From assembly GCA_039028495.1 (NCBI GenBank), contig JBCCHY010000001.1:3528-67527 (forward strand): 64,000 bases of DNA, written 5' to 3'. Origin of the DNA: Patescibacteria group bacterium (lineage in GTDB: Bacteria; Patescibacteriota; Saccharimonadia; Saccharimonadales; VXPC01). The position numbers and the translations under genes were made by a program. This document shows positions 55,235 to 64,000 of this stretch, piece after piece (the stretch's first letter is position 1; every line of letters starts with the position of its first letter). The notes beneath the pieces were generated by a model. That model made no database searches. It worked only from the letters and a program-made list of their open reading frames with translations, and was not told the DNA's origin.

Positions 55235-56905
55235 ATGATCCACAAGATAAGTAGCAGCATAAAAAAGCAACGAGACATAGCCAGTCGTAGGCTTGAAGCC
55301 ACCAAAGAATGGATCGGTCTAAAGAGATATATAAGAGACAGACCCCAGCAGGTAATACTAAAAGACAAGAGACACCTGGTTCTATGTCAGGAAAACAGTG
55401 GCGTGTTCAACGGCTCCCAGCAGTCGATCAAGATCCTCGAGGCGATAACAGGCTCTCTGGAGAAAAATTCCGTGGAGTTCTATGTATATAAAGGACAGAA
55501 GGCCTATTCAGTAATTGTGATGCGAGCTGATACAGAGAAAGCTATTGCTGCTCTGAAGCAGTCAGATCTACTAGCTGTTAGCTATTACCGCCCAAGATAC
55601 GACGCAGGTCTTGCTATACGTGAGAAGATTTTTGGCTTCTCGCCTCCTAAAAACCTGGGAAACATGCGCAGCCTCAAGGTATACCAGCATATTAGGGCAG
55701 GAGACAGGATTCTTGACGGTTCGGCTTTCGGGGTATTTATAGAGTTTTGGTCAAAGGGAGAGGATCTGTCAGAAGAAGAACAGGAAAAAGCAATGTCCGC
55801 AGCGGGCATCAAGGAGCCCACCCTGCTCAAAGACGCTCTAGTGCCGCTGGTAAGCAGTGACATAGCAGCAGTTTTCTCCGGTAAGGAAGCAAAGCCTACA
55901 AGTATAACAATTGGTGGCCGTAGGTACCCGACACTGGCGGTCTTTAAAGAGAACAGCCTGCACACAGTGGATTTTCCCATAGACTTTGTCTACACCTGGG
56001 TTGACGGGTCTGACCCCGTCTGGATGAAAGAGTACGACAAGGCCCGTAAAAAGATTGATAAAAATCATCAGAACAATAGCTCTTCGCGCTGGGCAAACCA
56101 CAATGAACTGATGTATTCACTACGCTCGGTAGAGATGTATGCATCATGGGTTCGCAATATCTACATAGTCACAATGGGGCAGACACCTGCATTTTTAAAG
56201 AATATTGACAATAAAAAGCTAAAAATAATCGACCACAAAGAGTTATTTAAAGATCCGTCAGTCCTGCCGGTATTTAACTCACACGCTATTGAGACACAGC
56301 TTCATAGAATTCCTGGACTCAGCGAGCATTTCATTTATATCAATGATGACATTCTATTTACGCGGCCGACATATCCCGAGTTTTTCTTCTTTCCCAGTGG
56401 GGTAGTCAAGATCCAGCAGTCATCTGCAAAAATAGGTACAGGTCCACCAACAGAAGATGAGTCAGCACCCAGCTCTGCCGGTAAAAATGCCCGTAAAATA
56501 GTTAAAAAAGATGTTGGGTTCTATATAACCAATAAATTTAGACACACAGTAAATCCGCAGCTCAGGAGTGTCTCAGAGACAATATATAAAGACAATAAAA
56601 AGATCACCGATAAAACAATGGCATCAAAATTCAGATCAGTAGAGGATATTCCATTTACTAGCATCCTGATGCAAAACTACTTGCTTGCATCTGGCAAAGG
56701 CGTGCCCGCACCCTACAGATCAACAACGGTTAATGTCTCGGTTGATCAAGCCGACGCAACCCTGAGCGCTATTTTAAAGAAGAGCAGGTTCGTAACAATC
56801 TGCCTAAACGAAGGCGACACACTAGAAGAAGACAGAGACAAGGTCGACAGACGTATCAAAAAATTTTTAGAAGAGCTCTTTCCGTTCCCGTCCAGATGGG
56901 AGTAG
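55235..56905 (+). CDS. Stealth-family protein (CR1-CR4), paralog 2
   Basis: 556 aa; FPIDFVYTWVDGSDPVW, ELMYSLRSVEMYASWVRNIYIVTMGQTPAFL, HFIYINDDILF; clearly paralogous to the upstream gene. Confidence 0.75.
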   Translation: MIHKISSSIKKQRDIASRRLEATKEWIGLKRYIRDRPQQVILKDKRHLVLCQENSGVFNGSQQSIKILEAITGSLEKNSVEFYVYKGQKAYSVIVMRADTEKAIAALKQSDLLAVSYYRPRYDAGLAIREKIFGFSPPKNLGNMRSLKVYQHIRAGDRILDGSAFGVFIEFWSKGEDLSEEEQEKAMSAAGIKEPTLLKDALVPLVSSDIAAVFSGKEAKPTSITIGGRRYPTLAVFKENSLHTVDFPIDFVYTWVDGSDPVWMKEYDKARKKIDKNHQNNSSSRWANHNELMYSLRSVEMYASWVRNIYIVTMGQTPAFLKNIDNKKLKIIDHKELFKDPSVLPVFNSHAIETQLHRIPGLSEHFIYINDDILFTRPTYPEFFFFPSGVVKIQQSSAKIGTGPPTEDESAPSSAGKNARKIVKKDVGFYITNKFRHTVNPQLRSVSETIYKDNKKITDKTMASKFRSVEDIPFTSILMQNYLLASGKGVPAPYRSTTVNVSVDQADATLSAILKKSRFVTICLNEGDTLEEDRDKVDRRIKKFLEELFPFPSRWE

Positions 56906-56914
56906 ATTCTTTCC

Positions 56915-57703
56915 CTAAGCGTCACCCGAGTAGAATTCAGACAGCCGTCTTCTGAATAGGTCGTTCTGCGTGAGTAGCTTCTTGTCGATATAGATTACAT
57001 TGTATTGATACCTGGACTGGTAGTCTCTAGCAATTGGGATAAAGCCCTGTTTGAAGAATAGCCGATCAACATCGTGTCTGAGTATCTGTCCTGGCCAATA
57101 GGGTCGATCCTCTACTTCGACAAAAACCATCTTTGTGCGTTTAAAGCTCTTTCTTGTGTATCTTGAGAAAACAATGCCGAGTGCACCCTCAACATCCACC
57201 CAGAGCACAGCCGATTGCGGTAGGTGCTCCGAAAATATGTCATCCATGGTTACAGAGGGCACGCTTACTTCTTTGTAGCCCGTTTCATGTTCTGAGTGCT
57301 CCAGTAGCGAAGATTGACCATCAGCCATGACTCGGCCCTTTGCATCTACCCGAAGCTTGAAGGTCACACCATCAGAGGAGTCTGCAACTGCCGCGTGGAT
57401 GTAGTTAACCCCCTCTTTTTTTAATCGTTTCTTATGTTCGCCGTAGTTTGTTTCGTTGGCCTCGTAGGCGACGACATTTGTTTTGTCTTTAAGCGTCTTT
57501 TTTGCACGTGACGATGCAAATGCGTCTCTCGCCCCGACTTCTAGAAATAGATCGGGCTCAATTGCTTCGATTGACTTGAAAAAGAACCGCTCGAGATCTT
57601 TAACAGATCTGTCCCGCTCCTTTCTATCGTTTAGGTTATATTTTACGGCGTGTTGTAGTAGCAACAGATCATATATTGCTGCTGTGTCTTTACTAAATAT
57701 CAT
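56915..57703 (-). CDS. FkbM-family methyltransferase
   Basis: 262 aa; FLEVGARDAFAS and VDVEGALG motifs characteristic of Methyltransf_21/FkbM. Confidence 0.55.
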   Translation of the reverse strand: MIFSKDTAAIYDLLLLQHAVKYNLNDRKERDRSVKDLERFFFKSIEAIEPDLFLEVGARDAFASSRAKKTLKDKTNVVAYEANETNYGEHKKRLKKEGVNYIHAAVADSSDGVTFKLRVDAKGRVMADGQSSLLEHSEHETGYKEVSVPSVTMDDIFSEHLPQSAVLWVDVEGALGIVFSRYTRKSFKRTKMVFVEVEDRPYWPGQILRHDVDRLFFKQGFIPIARDYQSRYQYNVIYIDKKLLTQNDLFRRRLSEFYSGDA

Positions 57704-57761
57704 CTGGACTACTTTATAGCATTTTCAACTATACTTCCAGAGAGAAGCCTCTCTCGGCCGA

Positions 57762-59522
57762 CTAGTCGTTGATCAGTATGTTGGATAGGGTGGGTATGGG
57801 TCCATCAGTGACGCTGGAGTAAAAGAATATCTCCTCAGAGTCATCTCCATCGTACAGGGATAGAGGGGTTATATTCGTCCAGACGTCGCTCCAGTCATCG
57901 TAGGCTCTTATAGAGCTAAAGTTGGAGTTCTGATGGACATTGTAGAGCTCTCCGTCCCCGTTCTGGTCATAGAATATGAGCTCATCGTAGCTGTCTCCGT
58001 CAATATCAACAGGAACTATGAGCTCCCATGTTGGACGCCATCCGCTAAAGGATTTACTTAGGGAGAGTGATCCATTGGCTCCTATATGATAGGTTTGGCT
58101 GATATCCTCTGCATAAAATAGCAGTTCGGTTGCTTGGTTTCCTTGGAAGTTCAGCGGGATAATATGCTGCCAGCGGTTCAGCCAAGACTTCCTGCGAGTG
58201 ATCAGACTCAGTGATCCATTCTCATCAATGTCATATATTTCACCTGTGCCCTTGGTGGCACCCTTACGGTAAAACAGTAGCTCACTACTGCCATCTCCAT
58301 CTATATCTATCGGTATTATTGAATCCCAGTTACTCCTCCAGGTTGTATGAGATTTTATGTGGCTCATGGAGCCATCTCCATCCAAGTCATAGAACTCACC
58401 ATTACCGCGCCCATTCGAGCCTACTCCATAAAACAGTAGCTCACTACTGCCATCTCCATCTATATCTATCGGTATTATTGAATCCCAGTTACTCCTCCAG
58501 GTTGTATGTTCAGTAAGAAGTGACAGAGATCCGTCGCCGGCTACATCATATAGTTTTGCGTTACCGCGCCCATTGTCTCCCACACCGTATAGCAGTAGCT
58601 CGTCATCACCGTTGCCTCGAGCGTCTAAGCGCAGGGTTTTTGTCCAGCTAGTGTCTAAGTCGTCATAGCTGTCAATCGTCAACAAATTGCCATTTTCAAT
58701 CGACGTACTGCCGAACCAATCGTTAAAATAGCGCCAGAAATTTCGGTTGCCATAGGCGCTGCAACTATCACCCGTACCGTAGAGATTGTCCAGAGCGGCT
58801 TGGTTAGGTGTATACGGCGTGTAGAGATAGAGAGCAACGGTTGCGGCGTTCTCTATGTTGATAGATTTTGTACCACAACGAGCTAGATCGGGGTGATAGT
58901 AGATATTATTCTGCCCTATGCCATACCAGTAGATATCTAGGTTATCGAGGTAAAAACGAAACAGATTGGCTGCTCCGTCGACTTGTTTGTAAAAATCTGC
59001 TTGCGCAGGGTCACATGGTGCAGTATCAGGGCAGAGGTAGCCAGTTGCGCGGCTGTACTGCCTGGTCCAGGGCCAGTTGTCTGTGACGAGGCCTTGTTCT
59101 TTCTGCAGTAGGACTATGAGCACCTGTGGGTTGATATCGTGATCTTGAGCTGCCTGCCAGACGATTTCTGCGGCAGAGATGCCGCCAGGAACACTGCTCG
59201 GTGTACCGTCTGGTTCGAACTGACCGTAGTTGTTTTCATTAGTGACTGGATTCTGCTGGAACTCAAACAAACAGGTGTATGGTGGCGGGAAATCGTCGTT
59301 ATAAGTAGGTCTATTGCGGTCGCACGCACCACCGCTAACCTTTGATTCAAAGAATTCCTGTATTTCTGCAACGGTCATAGTCGATGAGTCAGTAAAGATT
59401 TCGTCATCGATGATCCGTCCGTGAGGGAAGTCAGCGCCATTTAGCTGCGCTGTCCCTGTAGAAAGAGGGGTAAGCAGAAATAATGCAGCGCTCAGTAGTA
59501 AAAATAGTAGTAGTTTTCTCAC
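57762..59522 (-). CDS. Secreted protein with N-terminal domain and tandem FG-GAP/VCBS-like repeats
   Basis: 586 aa; signal peptide; ~53-aa repeats with DxDGDGxxE Ca-binding-like cores (IPIDIDGDGSSELLFY repeated); encoded partly by a perfect DNA tandem repeat. Confidence 0.55.
   Translation of the reverse strand: MRKLLLFLLLSAALFLLTPLSTGTAQLNGADFPHGRIIDDEIFTDSSTMTVAEIQEFFESKVSGGACDRNRPTYNDDFPPPYTCLFEFQQNPVTNENNYGQFEPDGTPSSVPGGISAAEIVWQAAQDHDINPQVLIVLLQKEQGLVTDNWPWTRQYSRATGYLCPDTAPCDPAQADFYKQVDGAANLFRFYLDNLDIYWYGIGQNNIYYHPDLARCGTKSINIENAATVALYLYTPYTPNQAALDNLYGTGDSCSAYGNRNFWRYFNDWFGSTSIENGNLLTIDSYDDLDTSWTKTLRLDARGNGDDELLLYGVGDNGRGNAKLYDVAGDGSLSLLTEHTTWRSNWDSIIPIDIDGDGSSELLFYGVGSNGRGNGEFYDLDGDGSMSHIKSHTTWRSNWDSIIPIDIDGDGSSELLFYRKGATKGTGEIYDIDENGSLSLITRRKSWLNRWQHIIPLNFQGNQATELLFYAEDISQTYHIGANGSLSLSKSFSGWRPTWELIVPVDIDGDSYDELIFYDQNGDGELYNVHQNSNFSSIRAYDDWSDVWTNITPLSLYDGDDSEEIFFYSSVTDGPIPTLSNILIND
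58271..58508. repeat. Tandem direct repeat inside the FG-GAP gene: 79 bp identical at 58271-58349 and 58430-58508 (period 159 bp = 53 codons)
   Basis: AAAACAGTAGCTCACTACTGCCATCTCCATCTATATCTATCGGTATTATTGAATCCCAGTTACTCCTCCAGGTTGTATG occurs twice; also visible as duplicated peptide in spurious + ORF 58211-58516. Confidence 0.8.
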
Positions 59523-60064
59523 CTGTCAGCCTCCAGTACTTGTCCGACGTCTGTATTTGTTTGATTGCCTTCATCATCTGTAGCGTACACAGATATGTCC
59601 CAGTCGGCTGCATTATCGAGTGTATCTATGTCTAGTTCGATAAAACAGCCAGACGATCCGTTACCGAGCAGTGTTTTCGAGGAGCTTTGTTTTTCGATTG
59701 CACCGTCTGAAACAGTAAATGAACATGTACCGGAGTAGCTACTAGCACTAATCATTGCACCTATTTCTAGGGTGGATCCATCTAGTGAGGCTCTAGTCAG
59801 TGTGATGACATCAGAGTTCGGGGTTGTCTTTTGCGCTGTCTCGCCATCGTTTTGTTTGACGGTCTCTGCCTGTTCGTTTTCTTCTGGGGTGCTTGGGCTG
59901 AGGTCGACAGTATTTCTCGGAGCAACAGCGACGTTCTTGATAGGCTCTTGAGACGTCCCTGACTCAAACACGGTTGTTTCAGTGTAGATTAGAAAACCGG
60001 CAATGGCAGCCAGGATAATTAATAGCAGGAGCTCGATCAGCGTATTTGATGTAAGGTTTTTCAT
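59519..60064 (-). CDS. Prepilin-like N-terminal domain protein (type IV pilin/pseudopilin-like, non-canonical Ser at -1)
   Basis: 181 aa; MKNLTSNTLIELLLLIILAAIAGFLIY: N-terminus resembling class III (prepilin) signal with Glu at +5 relative to a putative cut before NTLIE, but Ser instead of Gly at -1. Confidence 0.4.
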   Translation of the reverse strand: MKNLTSNTLIELLLLIILAAIAGFLIYTETTVFESGTSQEPIKNVAVAPRNTVDLSPSTPEENEQAETVKQNDGETAQKTTPNSDVITLTRASLDGSTLEIGAMISASSYSGTCSFTVSDGAIEKQSSSKTLLGNGSSGCFIELDIDTLDNAADWDISVYATDDEGNQTNTDVGQVLEADR

Positions 60065-60149
60065 TGTTTTTTATTTTTGTAATTAACGTAAGTATTTTAC
60101 CAAGACTGGTGTTCAGTGGTCAAGAACCTAATCTGCTAGCAAGGAGGTT

Positions 60150-61271
60150 TTAAGACTCAGATTCAAGAGAGCCTGCGGCCTTTTTCTCGACCAGTTTTTT
60201 GAGCTTTTTTGCAAATTCTGCTTCTGAGAACTTCTGGGCATGCTTGGTAATACGCCCAGGAGAGTAGTTTTTGACCGTAAAGTCTGCCAGGATCTTCTGG
60301 AGTGACGCGCTCGTCTGAGCGTCAAAAAACTCACCTGTCTTTCCGGGCTCGACGTAGTCAAGGGCGCCCCCTGCTTTGTAGGCAATCACAGGAGTGCCGC
60401 CGGCCATTGCTTCTATCGGAGTAATCCCAAAGTCCTCTTCGCCTGGATGGATGAATCCGATTGACTCTGAGAATGCCCTAATAATGTCCTCATCGCTAGC
60501 ACTGCTGTTAAATGTAATTGTTGGACCAGCCGAGTTTTTTAGTTTTTCGTTTTCAGGACCACTACCTAGTACCAGAAGCTCCAGGCCTAGTTCGCTACAA
60601 GCACTTACCGCTAAATCGTGTCTTTTATAGGCCACTTGCCGACCGGCTGTCACAAAGTAAGAAGCTCTTTTTTTCGAGGGCTTAAAACTACCAACCCTCA
60701 CGGGTGGATACAGAACGGTTGACTCCTGGCCGTAAAATTCTTTAATTCGTTTTTTTACTGCTTTGGAATTAGCAATAAACAAGTCAACTTTCTGAGCAGC
60801 CCTATAGTCCGATCGTTTAAGTAGGGGTAGCAGTAGTTTCAAAGCAAATGGTGCAAGCCAGTTCAATGGACCAAGACCTGGATCTTTCATGTATTTTTCG
60901 GGGTTAACCCAGTAGTAGCGTATAGGTGTATGGCAATAACAGATGTTGACACCATTTTTTGTACGCGCGTGCTTGGATTCCGCGCTAGAGCTTGTAATGA
61001 CGATGTCGTAGTCGTCTAGCCTGAGGCTACGGAAAGCAAGAGGTCTGAGGACCGACCAAAGCTGGTGCTTGTATTTTAGCCGTCCGGGTATTTTCTGTAG
61101 CCATGTTGTGTGTACTCTGTAGCCTCTGAAGAGATCAATACCTTTATCGTCATAGACACTTGTATAGAGGTCCGCGTCTGGAAACGCATTCAGGATGCTA
61201 AGGACTGTACGCTCGGCGCCACCGAGATTAGTCAGCCAGTCGTGCACTATAGCAACTTTTGGCCTATTCAT
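60150..61271 (-). CDS. Glycosyltransferase family 1 (ORF track extends to 61397; MNRPKVAIVHDW start at 61271 more plausible)
   Basis: PKVAIVHDWLTNLGGAERT N-terminus and C-terminal EDFGITPIEAMAGGTPVIAYKAGGALDYV (GT1/GT4). Confidence 0.75.
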   Translation of the reverse strand: MNRPKVAIVHDWLTNLGGAERTVLSILNAFPDADLYTSVYDDKGIDLFRGYRVHTTWLQKIPGRLKYKHQLWSVLRPLAFRSLRLDDYDIVITSSSAESKHARTKNGVNICYCHTPIRYYWVNPEKYMKDPGLGPLNWLAPFALKLLLPLLKRSDYRAAQKVDLFIANSKAVKKRIKEFYGQESTVLYPPVRVGSFKPSKKRASYFVTAGRQVAYKRHDLAVSACSELGLELLVLGSGPENEKLKNSAGPTITFNSSASDEDIIRAFSESIGFIHPGEEDFGITPIEAMAGGTPVIAYKAGGALDYVEPGKTGEFFDAQTSASLQKILADFTVKNYSPGRITKHAQKFSEAEFAKKLKKLVEKKAAGSLESES

Positions 61272-61541
61272 CGTGATGCGCCTGCCTTTCTGTAGAGCAG
61301 AAAGCACTGCACACCACTGACGGCTCAGGCATAAATTTTTGACTGCGGGACGCAGTCGGAGTGCCATATGCACGCCTCCTTGGCGGGTCCTCGTCAAGAA
61401 ATTTCTGCCTGAGCTCGCCTGAATAACCCAAAAGATCTACAGTAGAAGAACTAGTTATAGTTAGCCTATTCACCGTGGCGTACCTGTCTCGTCATAGTAA
61501 AAGTATATAGCTACTGGCTGCAGGTTGCTATACTAGTCCTC

Positions 61542-62993
61542 ATGGTTCGTAACTTCTTTAGCTATGTGTTTGCGTTAGTCCTCATGGCGGCAGACTATGT
61601 AGCCATCATGGCCGCCTTCGCCGCTGCGTACATTATCCGCGTCGATATAGACGGCAGGCAGCTGATCAGAGACATCCAGGGCTGGGAGTTCATGCTCATT
61701 ATGGCAGTGCTATTACCACTGTGGATAGCCGTATTTGCGGCTCTAGGCCTGTATAGACAAGACGTCTACAGGCGAAAGCTACGTGAGTTGATGCTACTTG
61801 TGATTGGTTCGGCCGTTGGAATGCTGCTAGTAATCGCTTATGATTTTGCGAATCTCGATACGATATTTCCAGCGCGGAGAGTCCCTATCTATGCGGCCTT
61901 TTTGACCGTGATATTCCTCTGGATAGGCAGATGGGTGATGTCTATTATCAGGCGACGTTTGTTTAGAGTCGGATACGGCGTAGCCAATGTGCTGGTGATC
62001 GGCAATACTCATATGACAACAGAGGTCATCAGGCAGCTACGCAGAACAGAACATACCGGCCACAGGATCGTTGCGGCTATGTCAAATACCAAATGGTTGC
62101 GTGAATTCTCAGGCATGAATATAGCCAGGATGACTAACCTGACCGAAGCACTTGAATTTATGGGTTCAGGCAAGGTCAACGTAGTTATACAGACCGAGCG
62201 TTACTCGGATCCAAAAAAGAATCAAAAGATAATAAACACGGCTCATAGCAACCACATCGGCTACAAGTTTGTGCCCCACGAGGACGGAATACTAAGCAGT
62301 AATTTGCAGGTTGACCTACTGGCAGGCATACCTGTCGTGTCCGCCTATCCTACAGCTCTTATTGGCTGGGGTAGGATACTGAAACGCGCCTATGACATAG
62401 TTCTCGCGGTTGTAGGGCTAATTGCAAGTTTGCCCATATGGTTTGTTGTCGCTCTAGTTATCCGATTTACGGATCCGAAGGGTCCAGTGCTGTACATGCA
62501 TAAAAGAGTTACGCGCTACGGCAAAACCATCAAGGTCTACAAGCTCCGTAGTATGTACTGGGAATACTGTGCAGGTAAAAAAACAGAAGAGCAGATATTT
62601 GCTGAGATGGGGCGTAAAGATCTATTAGCTGAATGGAAGGAAAATCAAAAGGTCGATAATGATCCGCGCATCATGCCGATTGGCAGACTCATTCGCAAAT
62701 ATAGCCTAGACGAGTTACCCCAACTGTGGAACGTACTACTAGGGGATCTTAGCCTGATTGGCCCCCGCGCAGTTACTAAAAAAGAGCTCGATCGCTACGC
62801 AAAGTCTAGCCCGCTGTTTTTGAGTATCAAACCTGGAGTCACTGGCCTATGGCAAGTATCTGGACGTAACGAAGATACGTATGATGAGCGTATTGCGCTT
62901 GACTTATATTACGTTCGCAACTGGAGTTTTCTGCTCGATCTGAAAATAACCTATCTGACAATAGGAGCGGTCCTGAAGGGGTCGGGCAAGTAG
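61542..62993 (+). CDS. Polyprenyl-phosphate glycosylphosphotransferase (WbaP/CpsE-like priming sugar transferase)
   Basis: 483 aa; N-terminal TM helices; C-terminal bacterial sugar transferase domain (KRAYDIVLAVVGLIASLPIWFVVALVIRFTDPKGPVLY...DELPQLWNVLLGDLSLIGPR). Confidence 0.8.
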   Translation: MVRNFFSYVFALVLMAADYVAIMAAFAAAYIIRVDIDGRQLIRDIQGWEFMLIMAVLLPLWIAVFAALGLYRQDVYRRKLRELMLLVIGSAVGMLLVIAYDFANLDTIFPARRVPIYAAFLTVIFLWIGRWVMSIIRRRLFRVGYGVANVLVIGNTHMTTEVIRQLRRTEHTGHRIVAAMSNTKWLREFSGMNIARMTNLTEALEFMGSGKVNVVIQTERYSDPKKNQKIINTAHSNHIGYKFVPHEDGILSSNLQVDLLAGIPVVSAYPTALIGWGRILKRAYDIVLAVVGLIASLPIWFVVALVIRFTDPKGPVLYMHKRVTRYGKTIKVYKLRSMYWEYCAGKKTEEQIFAEMGRKDLLAEWKENQKVDNDPRIMPIGRLIRKYSLDELPQLWNVLLGDLSLIGPRAVTKKELDRYAKSSPLFLSIKPGVTGLWQVSGRNEDTYDERIALDLYYVRNWSFLLDLKITYLTIGAVLKGSGK

Positions 62994-62999
62994 CCAGCA

Positions 63000-63398
63000 A
63001 TGAGATCAACTCGTCCTACTAAAAAGCAAAAGGCAATGCTGGAATATATAGAGCAGTTTATAGTCGAGAACGGCTACAGCCCAAGCTACCGTGAGATTAT
63101 GGTTGGGCTGGACTATAACTCAGTCGCAACAGTCGCTAAACACATCGAAAATCTAGTTGCCAGAGGACATTTAATCAAAAGACCAAACAGCGCTAGGTCC
63201 ATAGAGCCTTCTAATATGGATCTGGCTGGCGCTCAAGATCATAGGCAGTGGTTGTGTGAACAGATAGACAAACGTATAGAGGCTGGTGTGGATACTGATG
63301 ATTTGTATGTACTAGTCGGCGCGCTCAAGGTTCTCGGGTTTCAGTCAGAATTAGAAAAATACTCGGAAAAAATTAGACAGATGCAGACTGATAGCTAA
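63000..63398 (+). CDS. LexA-N-terminal-like winged-helix DNA-binding protein (no S24 peptidase domain)
   Basis: 132 aa; PTKKQKAMLEYIEQFIVENGYSPSYREIMVGLDYNSVATVAKHIENLVARGHLIKR matches LexA_DNA_bind pattern; C-terminus short and lacks Ser/Lys dyad. Confidence 0.5.
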   Translation: MRSTRPTKKQKAMLEYIEQFIVENGYSPSYREIMVGLDYNSVATVAKHIENLVARGHLIKRPNSARSIEPSNMDLAGAQDHRQWLCEQIDKRIEAGVDTDDLYVLVGALKVLGFQSELEKYSEKIRQMQTDS

Positions 63399-63495
63399 GC
63401 TGGGTGCCTCCTGGCTAGAAATGATCAGGTCGAAGCTAGTCTCAAGCAGCAGACTACTGATATAATACTTTTCAAGCATAAGGGGTTTATTTATC

Positions 63496-64000
63496 ATGGA
63501 TCATGCTCGGTTAGTAAAAGGGATAAAAATATTTGCTCTCAGCCTGGTCGCTGTCAGTGTTGCGCTTTTAGGATTTCAATCGACTGAAGTTGCCTCGATA
63601 GACGATGATGATTCTTCAGAGATGAGTCATCTGCCCGACACCGAATGTTCGCCGAACATCATACTGCTCTACCCCAACGAAAATTCTTCGACGGGTGGTA
63701 CGCCAGCTGTGCTCTCGGGTGTGAATTCGCTTATAGTTGTTGCTTCGGGCGCCAATCAACCAATTGCAAAGGCGTCTGCATACGTACTAAACGACGAGTA
63801 CTCTCAGTATCGTTTTCTTACAAAGCTGACTGTTTCTGAAGGAAGCAGCGCGCATGGTGACTGGAATACTAGATTTCAACCTAATGGACCAAATGAATTA
63901 TTCGTTGCTCTGACATTTATAGGTGGCGACAGTTGTTTTGTCGAGGCCGAGTATCTACTGGATAACGATTTTAACTTCGATGGCATAGAGGCATTCCTAA
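63496..64000 (+). CDS. Hypothetical secreted protein (partial; runs off window end)
   Basis: ATG at 63496 preceded by AAGGGG; MDHARLVKGIKIFALSLVAVSVALLGF signal-like N-terminus; open to the end of the window. Confidence 0.35.
   Translation, partial: MDHARLVKGIKIFALSLVAVSVALLGFQSTEVASIDDDDSSEMSHLPDTECSPNIILLYPNENSSTGGTPAVLSGVNSLIVVASGANQPIAKASAYVLNDEYSQYRFLTKLTVSEGSSAHGDWNTRFQPNGPNELFVALTFIGGDSCFVEAEYLLDNDFNFDGIEAFL

Noticed and set aside
58211-58516. 101-aa + strand ORF with internally repeated peptide
   Set aside because: It is the antisense reading of the 79-bp tandem DNA repeat within the FG-GAP gene, not a gene.

Overview
This window looks like chromosomal DNA from a small-genome bacterium, probably of the Patescibacteria/CPR type (Saccharibacteria-like). 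That call is an inference from gene content: paralogous T4SS-pilin genes, a minimal VirB4/VirB6 set, large acidic hypothetical proteins and tsaD. The window spans the replication-origin neighbourhood: yidC-jag-recF, rnpA, rpmH, dnaA-dnaN with DnaA-box-like motifs, all in a scrambled order. Housekeeping genes include groES-groEL, murE, tsaD, valS, comFC and hsp20. There is a cluster of three tRNAs (Arg, Ser-TGA, Ser-GCT) with duplicated tRNA-Ser end fragments. The window contains two accessory loci. The first, at about 21.3-37.5 kb, is a type IV secretion-like locus. It carries five tandem pilin-like genes (six pilin domains), a VirB6/TrbL-like polytopic membrane protein, a PrgI/VirB3-like protein, a VirB4 ATPase encoded as two translationally coupled ORFs, and a lysozyme-like plus M23 peptidoglycan hydrolase. 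No VirD4, relaxase, VirB11 or integrase is visible. The second, at about 48.2-63.4 kb, is a cell-surface glycopolymer locus. It encodes GT1/GT2 glycosyltransferases, a Wzm/Wzt ABC exporter, a TagF-like glycerophosphotransferase, two tandem Stealth-family hexose-1-phosphotransferases, an FkbM methyltransferase, a WbaP-like priming transferase, an FG-GAP-repeat secreted protein with a perfect internal DNA tandem repeat, and a LexA-N-domain-like regulator. Non-coding features include a 44-bp perfect palindrome present identically at two loci that bracket a 4.7-kb rearranged origin-proximal segment, a 31-nt motif shared by two distant intergenic or gene-end sites, and several hairpin terminators. 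No CRISPR array, transposase or integrase was recognised.
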